From the NCBI RefSeq assembly GCF_009914755.1, contig NC_060938.1: a stretch of 64,000 nucleotides of DNA. One strand, given 5' to 3'. This stretch comes from the human T2T-CHM13v2.0 reference genome, Homo sapiens. The position numbers and the translations under genes are program-made. The notes under the pieces were generated by a model. The model was given only the letters and a program-made list of their open reading frames with translations. It did not search any database and was not told the origin of the DNA. This document shows positions 31,030-42,870 of the stretch, in pieces. Each line of letters opens with the position of its first letter. Within the stretch, counting starts at the first letter, position 1.

Positions 31030-31700
31030 CCGTATACATTTCTGGAGCATGGCTGTGTGCCAGGCACTGAGGAGCCAGCACTGACAGGCAGACAAAGTCC
31101 CTGCCCCCATGGAATTGGCATTCCAGTGGAGGGAGCCGGGCAGCATGCGGGTAAACAGGCGAGCCTATGAGATCATGCCATGAAGAAATAAAGGTGAGAG
31201 GGATGGGGTGGGGCATGGGAAGGCCTCTCTGAGGAGGTGATGCCACCTGCATCTTGGGAAAGGCAGAGGAAGAATCCAGGTCAAAGGAGCAGCCGTGCAA
31301 AGGCCCTGGGGTGAGAGTGTGTCTTGTGAAGGAACACAGAGAGGGCCACATGGGGTCAGACATGGGAGGTCGTTGTCAAAAGATTGAGTCTTGGCCTAAG
31401 TGAGGGAGTCCACTGGAGGGCATGGGGGAAGGGCGTGCCCTTGCTGGTTAAGCAGCTTGTATTGGCTGCTTGTGGAGAATGGGCTGGGATGGGGGCAGGA
31501 GTGGAAACCAGGAGGTCCTTGGGCAGATGTTGGTGCAGCCTCCCTGGGGGGAGATGATGGCAGCTTGGACCAATGGGGAGGTCGGGGAGAGAGGAGTGGA
31601 GAAGCACTTCTGGGTCTTGGCATCAGCTCTGCTTGGATGGGGAGCTGGAGAAGCCTGTCGGGGGTGGGGGGCGAGGTGGGCAGGAGAGCAGTCAGGGACA
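31030..31700. mobile_element. L2 fragments
   Basis: tgtgtgccaggcactg...acaaagtccctgcccccatgga and gtgcaaaggccctggggtgagagtg are L2 motifs. Confidence 0.6.
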
Positions 31701-31952
31701 CGCTAATTCAGTAATGTTCTCAGACTTCTGAGCAGGAGTGGCTGTGGAGTCAGAGCTCTAGGGAGAGGTCAGGCCCGGAGAGGAAGATCTGAGGGCCTGT
31801 TGGGAGGATGCTGTATGAGTCTAGGCATAAGATAAGAGGGAAGGCCCGGGCCCAGGTCAGGGTCTCTGCAAAGCCAGCTAATAACTGACCCGGGGGGGAA
31901 GCCTCAGTGCAGGGTCTTGTCACTTTTCTTAGTGGAGCAGCAGAGAAGGGAC

Positions 31953-32375
31953 ATGTAGCAGGCTGAACAATGGCCCCAATGATGTCCACGTCCTAATCCC
32001 CACAACCTGTGACTATGTTACCGTGGCGAGAGGGACTTGGCAGGTGGGATTCCGTTAAGGATACTGAGTTATCCAGGTAGGCGCGATGACGTAATCACAA
32101 GTGTCCTTATGAGAGCAAGGCAGAGTGATGGGGAGGGTGGGGGCCGGTGTGTAAGCCGGGAAACCCGGGAGCCTCTAGAAACGGAAGACAAGAAAATAGA
32201 TTCTCCTCTAGAGCCCACAGAAGGAACACCACTCTGTCGCCATCTTGCTTTAGGCCAGCAACACTCCTTTCGGACTTGTGGCCTCCAGCACTGTCAGATC
32301 GCACATTTGTGTTGTTTTGAGACACTAAGTTTGTGCTCCTTTGTTACAGCAGCCACAGGAAACTCAGGGCACTCG
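31953..32375 (+). mobile_element. MLT1 (D-like) MaLR LTR
   Basis: tgtagcaggctgaacaatggcccc...gatgtccacgtcctaatcccc...gattctcctctagagcc...tttgttacagcagccacaggaaac. Confidence 0.88.
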
Positions 32376-32441
32376 GCTGCCCCCAAATCCATGGCTTCCA
32401 AACGATTATCATCGCTCACCTCATCAATACAAAAACTCTGA

Positions 32442-32578
32442 GGCCAGGCACTCATACCTGTAATCCCAGCATTTTGGGAGGCCAAGGTGGGAGGATTGCT
32501 TGAGCCCAGGAGTTTGAGACCAGCCTGGGCAACACAGTGAGATCCCATCTCAGAAAAAAAAAAAAAAGAAAAAGAAAA
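32442..32578 (+). mobile_element. Alu left monomer (FLAM-like)
   Basis: Single monomer followed by poly(A). Confidence 0.85.
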
Positions 32579-33714
32579 CAATGTTGAGCACTGCATGCAT
32601 ACATATGTCACATATCATACCCCTGAGTACACATCTGAAGGGATATTTCCTTCCAGCCCCTGGAGCAGTCCATAGTGCTGGGCCCATGGCTGCGGGCTGC
32701 TTGAGGAGTCCTTAGGTAATGTGGGCAGGTTTCAGGTACATACAGAGGCTTGGGAGGGAAAACCAGAAGACAGTGGGGACTCGTACTTTCCCTAAATTTG
32801 GAGGTGGGGCTCGGTACATGGATTAGGGATGGGGTATCAGGGGCAACCTCTCCAGCGTCATGGTGGGAGTTTTATACCCTGGCTCTTTAATCTCAGCTGG
32901 CGTTCCAGGGATGTAGGAGGAAGGACCAGCAGACAGCTGTAGTGCTGGCTCCCACCAAAGACTCAAAGCCAGTCTGAACACAAAGCCCACGTCCTTGCGC
33001 TTTCTGCTAGTTCCCAGGGTTACTGGGGAAAAGCAGTGATTGAAGAACATCCTTTTCTCACTTTGAAATATATTCCTCCACGCAAGCTGCTAAATCTGTT
33101 TCCAAGCCACAGTGCTATCTGACTTAATTAATTAGCATCTATTTGCAAACCAGCAATTAAAGGGCTAAAGTCCTTTTAGGTGGCCTAATTAGGTCTGACA
33201 GGACATTGTCAGATGTGGCCTGTCCTTTCTCCATAACATCCTAGAAATTTTCAGCCATGGTTTTAAAAGCAATCACGAATGAGAGTCAGCCAGGTCAAGC
33301 ATCATGCCTGATTTATGGGCTAGTAAATTGAGGGTGTGCCTGGGGTTCTTCCGGGAGCTTGAGTCTCTGGTCTTGCCAGGGGTGTGGCCAGAGCCCTGCT
33401 AGTGGGGAGTGGCAGGGGACCAACTTCGGCGGACTTGGGTCATTCTGGAGGTGCCAGGTGGGGACTTGAAGGGCCAAAGCGAGAATCCCCTTGTCCCCAG
33501 GTCCCCCAATAATTACATCTGGGACCACTGGTGCGCTGGAGCTAGCCCAAGGTTCCATCACCTGCAGATGGAGGTAGCCCACCTGCGAGACATTTGTAAG
33601 CAGGGGTAGCTCTTAAATAGTGTGGAGTAAAGGGAAAAAAATATCCAGAATATCTATAGAATAGTATTATGCAAACTTAAAATGCATGCATACTTACAAG
33701 TCTGTATTTTTTAA

Positions 33715-34040
33715 AAAGACAAATGCATTTCATTTATAAGAGGTACCTAGAGTAGTCAAATTCATTAGAGACAGAAAAGTAGAAAGGTGGTCGCCAGAGA
33801 CTGGGGGCAAGGGGATGGGGAGTTAGTGTTTAATGAGTAGAGATTCATCATAAGTACACGGAAGAAAAAAAATGGGTATGGGAGTTTCAGTTTGGGATGA
33901 TTAAAAGCTTTGGGATGGGTGGGGGCGAGGGTTGCACTGTTGTGTGAATGTACTTAAGGCCACTGAACTGTGTACTTAAAAGTGGTTAAAATAATAAATT
34001 TCAGGTTATGTATGTTTTACCATAATTATAATAAAAAACA
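33715..34040 (+). mobile_element. L1M 3' end fragment
   Basis: ggtacctagagtagtcaaattcat..agagacagaaa.gtagaa.ggtggt.gccag and cactgaactgtgtacttaaaagtggttaaaat. Confidence 0.8.
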
Positions 34041-34240
34041 AATATATCTAGAAAGACATGCCATAGAGACTACCCATAGGGGCATGGGGGCATGGAGGAA
34101 TGGAAATAGGGATCAGGGACAAAGGAGAACAAAACCTGAAAAAATTCCTTCCTGAGGCTGATGCCCACAGTGTGTCCTGAAGGTGTGGTGAGCTCAGCTC
34201 TTAGCAGATGGGAGGGCTCCGAACTGCTATGTAGTATTTT

Positions 34241-34524
<284 letters not shown>

Positions 34525-36588
34525 CTATGTAATATTTTTCCTTAACTTGGCTCTTTTAAAGAGCTTAAGTAGATTTGTCAAAAATGCAAATTTTATGTTA
34601 ATAGAGCAAGTGGAAACCTAACTTGACTTTCCTGGCATAGGTGCCACCCCCGTTCCTAATCCACCTTTAAATATTCCTCATTTTAACTGTTGATGGCAGT
34701 TTTCTGCATTGAAGTACTTATTTCTGCATGTTGAAGATTAATTCCTTAAATCCATTCCACTCCTCCATTGATTACCTCCTCAGACACCCTGCAGAGGAAA
34801 TGTAGCTGATTTTGTGTCCTCCTTCTGCCATTTTGGTTTTGGTTTCGGGCAGTCCAAGCACAAGCAGTGTTAACTATAGTTGTTCTACTTTTTGATCTAT
34901 GATTTAAAAAGACCCAAGCCATCATTTTAAGTCAGCTGTCTGTATAAACAACAAGGCTTTTATACAGTATAAACAAATTGTTAGATAAATAACGGGACTT
35001 TGGAATGAAGTCAGAGGGTGCGTGAGTGGGAACGAATTGGGCAGAGCAGGTGCGCTTGTTTTTCAGTATTACCTGTTTGTCCTCTTACCATCCACACAAG
35101 GCAGCAGAGGGAGAGCTTTCATTCTGAAATGTATAGAATCCTATGAATATTTGCTGTATTAGCACGCAGTATGAGGGCCAAATTAATTGTACAACTAGCA
35201 ATTGTTATTATGCTAGTAATGTCAATCTTTCATGATTTAGAATAGACCAAAACATGTTAACTTTTTATAAATTTGCCTTTGAAGTCAATAAATCTGGCTT
35301 GGTTTAAGTTAAAAGAAAAAACACAAATGAAAATGGAATGATTTTAAGCTGTAAGTCAGAGGCCTGCCCACTCTTGAGAAGAGAGACTAGCAAAGTAGAA
35401 AGGAGTTCAAGGTATGCTAGAGACTGTCTTTCTCCTTGATGCGATCAGAAGGCTTGAAGGAAGTGGAACGGCAAATCACTTTCCTTCCAGATATCACTGA
35501 TGTATTTTACCACCGTGTCTGGATATTGCCTGTAAATCGTGTCCTGTTCCACCTGTGATGAGCACGTCTTGGGCTAGAAAATGCTGTTGTGGACACTGAG
35601 CCCCCAGGATCAGGAGCTGGATGGAGAACTTTCCTGGGTGAGGCCTCAGGGGCAGGAGGTGGGGACCTGGCCTGTTGATAAGAAGGCCCTAGGCTGCCCT
35701 GTGTGGAATGTTCCTTTGTGTTTAGCAGCCTTGGTCCCTCAAGACCTCTGTGCTCTGCCTGCCTAGCAGTTTGGCATGGTAGAATTTCCATGGGCTTCAG
35801 AGTCAGATAGATCTGCCTAAAATTACTTCTTAGCACAGGGCACCTGACCTTGTCAGTAGAATGGGTATAATACCCATCTCAGGAGGTGGTCTTGAGGATT
35901 AAGTGAGATAATGGGGACGTGTCAGCCTCTCTCCCTGAGCCTAGCACATAGTATTTGCACAATAATGGCACCTGTTATCACTTCAGACCTCTTGGGCCTA
36001 GGGTAGCAGATTGCCAGATCATCTTCCATGTGTTGACTTTCAGCCTCACGCTCGCAGGATGGCTGCTGTGGACATTGCATCTGCATTGACGGTGGGAAGG
36101 AGTAGAACGTTCCATCTCTGTTCCTTTTATCCAAAACCAAAAGCTTCCCCAGAAGTCCCCAGCAGACTTTTCATGGGTCCAGCTGGCCAACCCCAGCTAC
36201 CTGGCTGCCCATAGCTGCAAGGGAGGCTAGGAAAATGGGAAAGAGGTAGGATTGTTGTGACCTACCCAGTCATTTTTCATCATGTTGTGGGATTCCATTA
36301 GTGAGGAGGAAATGGGTCACAGCTGATGAGACAGAAGCCCTTGGCACCTGCCCCCAAGTGTTGTCTGATTCCTCCTGATGGCTTTCCTGTTGCTTTGCCA
36401 GCCCACGCTATGATGTCAGGGCAGAAGGAAGGAAGGAGCCTGGGGCTGGATTAATTTCGCAAAGAAGGGTCGGTACAGAGTGGAAGCTTCTGGAAGCAAA
36501 ATCCAGAATCCCTTCTTCCCACCCCCCAAGTGTTTGCATGCCCTGTTTCTTCTTTCCTCTTTTGGAAACATTCTTCATCCAGTTCTTT

Positions 36589-36903
36589 TTTTTTTCTTTT
36601 CTTTTTTTTTTTTTTTTTTTTTGAGACAGAGTCTCGCTCTGTCACCCAGGCTGGAGTGCAGTGGTGCAATCTTGGCTCACTACAACCTCTGCCTCCCCGG
36701 TTTAAGAAATTCTCTACCTCAGCCTCCTGAGTAGCTGGGATTACGGGCATGTGCCACCATGCCCAGCTAATTTTTTTGTATTTTTAGTAGAGACGAGGTT
36801 TCGCCATCTTGGACAGGCTGGTCTTGAACTCCCAACCTCGTGATCCACCTGCCTTGGCCTCCCAAAGTGCTGGTATTACAAGCATGAGCCACCGTGCCTG
36901 GCC
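36589..36903 (-). mobile_element. AluS
   Basis: Antisense Alu; TSD catccagttcttt at 36576 and 36904. Confidence 0.95.
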
Positions 36904-38694
36904 CATCCAGTTCTTTAGGACAATGAATTCATCCTCTATTCTTAAGCTATCTTCTGGGAAGTTGCCCTGAATCCCCCATGTCGGGGGGAGATCATGTTTG
37001 GTGCCACCAGAAAGGGCGAAACAGAATAAAGTGTAAGTTCAAGGGAGAGCACAAGCCTGACTCAGATGAGGTGGGGAGATCAGGGAGGCTTCATGGAGGA
37101 GGTAGCTTTTATTCATTTGTTTGAAAAATATCTCACCCCCTTCTCCGTGCCAGGCCCTGGGTGAATGGAAGATGGCAGACAGTATGACAAGCTGTCATTC
37201 CAGGCCCCCCAAAAACACCCCTGCCCAGTCCCAGCTTCTCTCCTGACCTGATACTGGACACAGGATCAGGGCCAGATGGAAGTTTGCCATCTGTCCCATG
37301 TGGAGACAGAAGCAACAAAAGTCATTTAGGCCTCATTATCTAATCTCATGGCCCAGCTTTCTGCTTCTGTGGGCTGAGCTTTGGAAAAAGCTAATCATCA
37401 AAAATCCGGATGTATTTCTTCAGGTGGAGAAAGGGGTTTGTAGCATCAGAGGGCTCCTCTCTGAGCAGGATGGTATTGGGTTGAGATCATTATCTAGTCA
37501 GTGATGAGGCTGAGAGGCTACCAGGGAAGGCCACTGTGGCCGGTGTGACATGAAAAAGGCCAGTTACAACTGGGTGTCAACAATGATGGTGATAAATGAA
37601 TGGAAAACTAGATTACTATTTACAAAAATCCCAATTAACAGTGACCATCCACAGTGCTCTATTGCATAAAAATGGTCTCCCTGGGTTGTGTGCAGGAGCC
37701 AGCCTCATTTATTTTAAGCTGTAAACTATAAGTGGCTTTAACACCATGTCTCTCACAGTATGTTCATGCTGCAATCAAAGCGGCTCTGGGTGGGTTGGAG
37801 GCTAGAGTTGCATCTCCTGCTTGTTTGAGCCCTGCTGACAAGATAGCACAAGGCGGAGACCAGGCCCACGGGGAGTTGGCTGCTAGAACGTGTCTCCTGC
37901 AGTTTCCTTCACCCTGAAGCTTCCTTTTGCAGTTGCCTCCTCTCTGTCCGCCAATTTCTTCTCTGGCCTGGAGAGATCCTGCCTGTAGGAGGCTTGTCTT
38001 TCTGGGTTGGAATTGACCTAGACCCAGAGCTGGGCTGTAGTGTAAACTTTCGCCGGTAGGTGGTGCATGAAGATGCCCTCCTGCCCTGTGCTCCCCGAGC
38101 TCAGATCTCTGACACCTTCTCTGGCATCTCCATGTACCAGTGCCACACACTGCGGCCTCTTCTGGTGACCTTATCACCCCCTATCTTGATTGTTTTTCCC
38201 TGTAGACTGTGAGCCTTGTGGGTGAGGGAGTGCTAGACGTCCTTCCTTCTGTATTTCCAGCATGTGACACAGTGCTGGGCATGTGGATGTTCAGGAATTG
38301 TTGGATGAGTAAAAGAATGAATGAACGAATGAATGAATGCATGAATGAGAGAAGAGGGATGGAAGGAGACAAAGGGCCTTATCCTCCAGCATGAAGGTTC
38401 GTTAAGTTTGAGGTACACATTCTGTGAAATGAATCAGGCTTCCAGTAAAAAGATGAGTTTCCTTATAACCAGGGCTATCTCTTCACGATGGCCCCGACCC
38501 TGACTATCCCTGTTCTGGAAATGCGGTGATCCCAACGGGCGTCTAGGATGCTGGTAACATACTCCCAGCATGAGAAGGTGGGAAGGTCTCATTCATTGTT
38601 GTCTGTAACCGGCAGTTCAGAGGCCACCAGCTCGGGGAGTCCCGTCCGTTGCTTTTGAAATTGTCACAGCATTTCTTCCTTCCCTATCTTTCAG

Positions 38695-38790
38695 AGTGAA
38701 ACATCTTTCAACCTAATATCAGAAAAATGTGACATTCTATCCATTCTTCGGGACCATCCTGAAAACAGGATTTACCGGAGGAAAATCGAG
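38695..38790 (+). CDS. OTUB2: OTUB2 exon 2: SETSFNLISEKCDILSILRDHPENRIYRRKIE
   Basis: Acceptor ttcttccttccctatctttcag| and donor GAG|gtgagg; 96 nt. Confidence 0.95.
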
Positions 38791-40277
38791 GTGAGGCAGA
38801 GGGCAGGGAGAAGAGCATCCGAAACTAAACAGGCTGGAGTTGGGAGTGTAATGGTGATGCCTCTTTGAAGGCCGATAGTTTGGGCCAGGTTCCTGGGCAA
38901 ATGAAAGGATTCCTAGGATATTTTGATGTTGGACATTTGCCTTAGCGATAAATCCTTTCATTCCAAAAAAAAAAAAAGGATTTTTTTTTGTTGAAAAGTT
39001 TAGCACTATCCTAATGTTTTATTTACTCACCAATACTTCATTACAACTCTGTGAGGTAAGTACTTTTATTACCCCCATTTTACAGCTGAGGAAACTGAGG
39101 CACACAAATTAAGTGGTGGCCATTTAGTTCATGAGTGGCCAAGCTAGGATTTAAACCCAGGCAGCTGAGTCTCAAGCCACATTCATAACTGCTGTGCTGG
39201 GAGACCTCTTGGAGGGAAAGTTTACGCCAGTGAGGCTAAAGGGATTTGTGGGAAGGCTGCAGGGATCGCTCATGGAGCACTCACCCGTGGATGGCAGGAG
39301 GAGCTGGGTGCCCACTCTGTCCCTCTGGTAGGAGGCCCTGGCCGCTCTCTGCACTCTGCAGGTCTTCCTCTCGCTGCAGGACAGGCTTGCTCTGGCACTG
39401 GCCCCACAGGCCCTTCCCTTCAAGTTCCTCTCAGACACGCAGCACCGTTGCTGGGCCTCATTACTTATCCTCAGAGACTCTGATAGGTCCAGCTTGGGTC
39501 AGATGTCCATCAGCAGCCAGGGGTAGTGGTGTGGGCATCATGTGATCCGAACGCCGCTGCGGGGCACTTCCAGGGAAGGAGCTGGGCTCTGCAGCCCACT
39601 GACTTTTGTGTCCCCCAGAGCCCTCCTGGGAGATGAGCCAGGGGCTCCAGAGAGTGCCTGCCTCCCCACTGCCAGCTGGCCTCAGGTGGGCCCAAGTCGG
39701 CTCTGAGCCTTCTCATGGCTATGGGGGGAACAGGAACTCCAAGACCCCTTGAAAACCATCCTCTGCTGTCAAAATGCTGCTTATAGTCCCATGAGGCAGG
39801 AAAGGGGATTCCAGGCCAGTTCAGAGGGACACCTACTTACTGCTAGGAGTGGAGCTGGAGCCCACCCCTCCCGCCCCTGCTCACACATGCAACCCCCTAC
39901 CCCCTACTTCTGCCAGCTCCCGATTCTCAGTGCTGCTCCCCCAGGAAGGCTTCCCCAACTTCCAAAATCCAGTGCAATGCCAGTGCCCCGTGGCACCCAG
40001 CCAGGCACTCCTGTCCCCTCACAATGCCACTGTCTAATTATCCATCTTCCCTCCCGGACCGTAGGCTGCCTGGGGGCAGGGACGGACACACAGGACAATG
40101 CAGTGTATTTTTATATCAGGGGAATGAACGAGGGTGGGAGGCTGAGGGGATAGCAGCCTGAAGGGAGGGAGCAGACATTTCCTGGGAGAGATGGGGGGCA
40201 CCTGGCCAGTCCCAGTGCCCAAACCACACAGAGCCGTTGTTGGTGCAAATGCCCACATTTCTTTCTGTCCCCCTCAG

Positions 40278-40396
40278 GAACTCAGCAAAAGGTTCACCGC
40301 CATCCGCAAGACCAAAGGGGATGGGAACTGCTTCTACAGGGCCTTGGGCTATTCCTACCTGGAGTCCCTGCTGGGGAAGAGCAGGGAGATCTTCAA
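40278..40396 (+). CDS. OTUB2: OTUB2 exon 3 with the OTU catalytic motif GDGNCFYRA (Cys51 = 40329-40331)
   Basis: Acceptor ccccctcag|GAA and donor AA|gtgagt; 119 nt. Confidence 0.97.
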
Positions 40397-41240
40397 GTGA
40401 GTGCCGGGGCCCCTTGGCCTGTCAGGGCTGTGTTCTCTGTGCTAGGTCAGCCTCAAGTCTCTCGGAGGTTTTCGTTACACTCAGGCTGGTTAACCCAGAG
40501 AATGAGCTGAAGAGCTGCCTGGCAGAGGCGTTTGATGTTGGGGGTGCCCAGCTGCCTGCTGTGGTGAAGTTGGGGGCAGCCAAGGGGTGGAGGATGGAAT
40601 CTGTGACCTCCCAGATGCTTTCCAGCCTCTGCTTCCACCACAGGCCTGGGTCAGCCCAGGTGAGTCGCAGGGAGCAGGTACTTCGTGACCCACTCTGAAA
40701 AGAAAAGAAAAGACAAACAAAAAGAAGCTTTGCCCCGGTGTTCTGCATAATTCCTGTTGACCTTGGTGTGGAGTGTGTGTGACCCAGGCATTCAGCTGGC
40801 TGGGCCTGTCCCTGAGGTTCATGCTGGAGAAGGTCTGTGTCCAGAGCTGCCCCTGTCATCTCGGCTAGTTCAGGGCTTCTCATATCTGAAGTTTGTACAA
40901 GGCGCCTGGTTCTCTAGTCCATAGCAAGAAAAAAAAAAGCAAAGACAAACAAACCCCTGAGACCTGGCTTGGACCCGAATTCCTGTCCAGTGGGAGCAGG
41001 GCAGAGCAGGGACTGCTTTTGTCACTGGCTCCCAGGAGATGCTGATGCTGCTGGGCCTCAAACCACGCTTTGAGGAGCAAGGAGCTAAGAGACCCACCTG
41101 GCTCTTAACCTTTGGGGGTCTCAGAGCCCTTAGAGGCTTTGGTGAGGGCCATGGGCCCTCCTCATCTGAGACCCGCACCGACATGCTCTCTGGAAACAGT
41201 ACGGGGGGCAGTGGGTCCCAGAGCACTTCTTTGGCTGAGG

Positions 41241-41464
41241 CAGGTTTCTCAACGGCGGCATGACTGACGTTTTGGGCCAGATCATGCTCACGGTGGGGGC
41301 TGTCCTATGCATTGTAGGCCTATTAACAGCATCCCTGGCCCCCTACCCGTGACATAGTAGTAGTAACCCCCTCCCCAAGTCATGACAATCAAAACTGCCT
41401 GCAGACACTGCCAAAAACCTCTTTCGGTGGAAAAAAGTCGACCCTATCTGGTTGAGAACTACTA
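41241..41464. mobile_element. MER20 DNA transposon
   Basis: gtttctcaac..ggca..actgac.ttttgggccagat...gggctgtcct.tgcattgtagg...agcatccctggcc...cagacactgccaaa...ggttgagaac. Confidence 0.85.
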
Positions 41465-42749
41465 GGTTAAGGCCATCGTCTCCTGTTCAAAATATAGATG
41501 ATCTCAAAGAGGGTAGAAGTTGAGCCATCTGTTCCTTGGCTGAACCATTCAGATTGTTTTGCCAGTGACAGACTGGCAGAGCCCCTTTTGATGGAGAGTC
41601 AGCTATCTCAAGCCATTCCCCTCCCCAACTTTCTCACAGCCCTGTGGGGACCAACACAGCACAGTGCAGGGATTATGACCCCAACTTCATTTCCCCACGA
41701 CCCATGTCCCCTGGAGTTGTGCCATGCAGCAGCCCTGGGCTCTGAGGCCAGACCTCACTCTCTTGCTTACTTGCTGTGCGACCTTGGGCAAGTGACCTGA
41801 TCTCTCTGATCCTGTTTTCATGCCTGTGGAAGGTGGACATTATAACACACTTCAGGGGGCTATTGTGAGGACTCAGTGGGTGATGCTGGCTAAGCCCAGC
41901 GCCTGCATTTCTCTCTGCACCAGCCCACGTGCTCTGTTTACCTTCACTCCGTCCTGTCTCCCCACTCCAGTCAGCACACACGGGTGCCATGCTCAGACCC
42001 TTCTCTAGGCTGTGGGGATACTGCAGTGAACAAGAGAGACAAAATCCCTGCCTTGTGGGGCTTGCGTCCTAATGGTAGAAGATGCACAGTACATGAGTAT
42101 CACGTTTGAGGTGTCGGATGGTGATAAGTATTGTGGGAAAAATCAGGCAGGAAGGAGGCCGAGGAGTGCAAGGTCTGGGGTTGGCAGTTTCAAGCAGGGT
42201 TGGAGAGGTAAGGGCGGCAGGGCACATAGGGCCTTGGGCCTTTCTAAGGACCTTGGCTTTCAGCCTGAAGGACACGGGAGCCACCGAGGGATTGCGCAGC
42301 ACGGGGGACCTGCCCTGCTGGCTGCTGTGTGCAGGACAGACGGGGGCGGAGACACAGCCAGGGAGATGTGGTCGGGGAGAGATCCAGAGGGGAGATGGCT
42401 GTGGCATGAGCAGGTGGATGCAGTGGGCATGGCAAGAAGTGGGCAGGTCTAGACACCTGTGAAGGTGGCGAAAGGATTCGTGCCCGACTCACATGTTGGA
42501 CATGGCAGAGTCAAGAATGGCTCCCAGAGGTTTGGCCTGAGAGTTAGCAGGATGGAGAAGCCGTTTGCTGCAAAGGAGGGCTGAGGAATATCAGGAGCTG
42601 TGTTTTGCGATGCTGTCTGAAATGTCCGGGAGCCATAGAGTAGGGGTGTCTGGTGGGCAGTGGAGGTATAAGGCTGGCGTTCAGCAGGCAGGCCGGGGCA
42701 CACAGGTGATAAGTCAAACCAAAAGGCTGCATGAGACCACCAGCATTTT

Positions 42750-42870
42750 TTCTTTCTTTTTTTAAAATATTTTCCTTCTCTCTTTATTTTTTCTTAAGAG
42801 ATGGGTCTTCCTATGTTGCCTAGGCTGGCCTCGAACTCTTGGGCTCAGGCGGTCCTCCCTCCTCAGCCTG
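42750..42870 (-). mobile_element. Alu monomer fragment
   Basis: gagatgggtcttcctatgttgcctaggctggcctcgaactcttgggctcagg. Confidence 0.8.
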
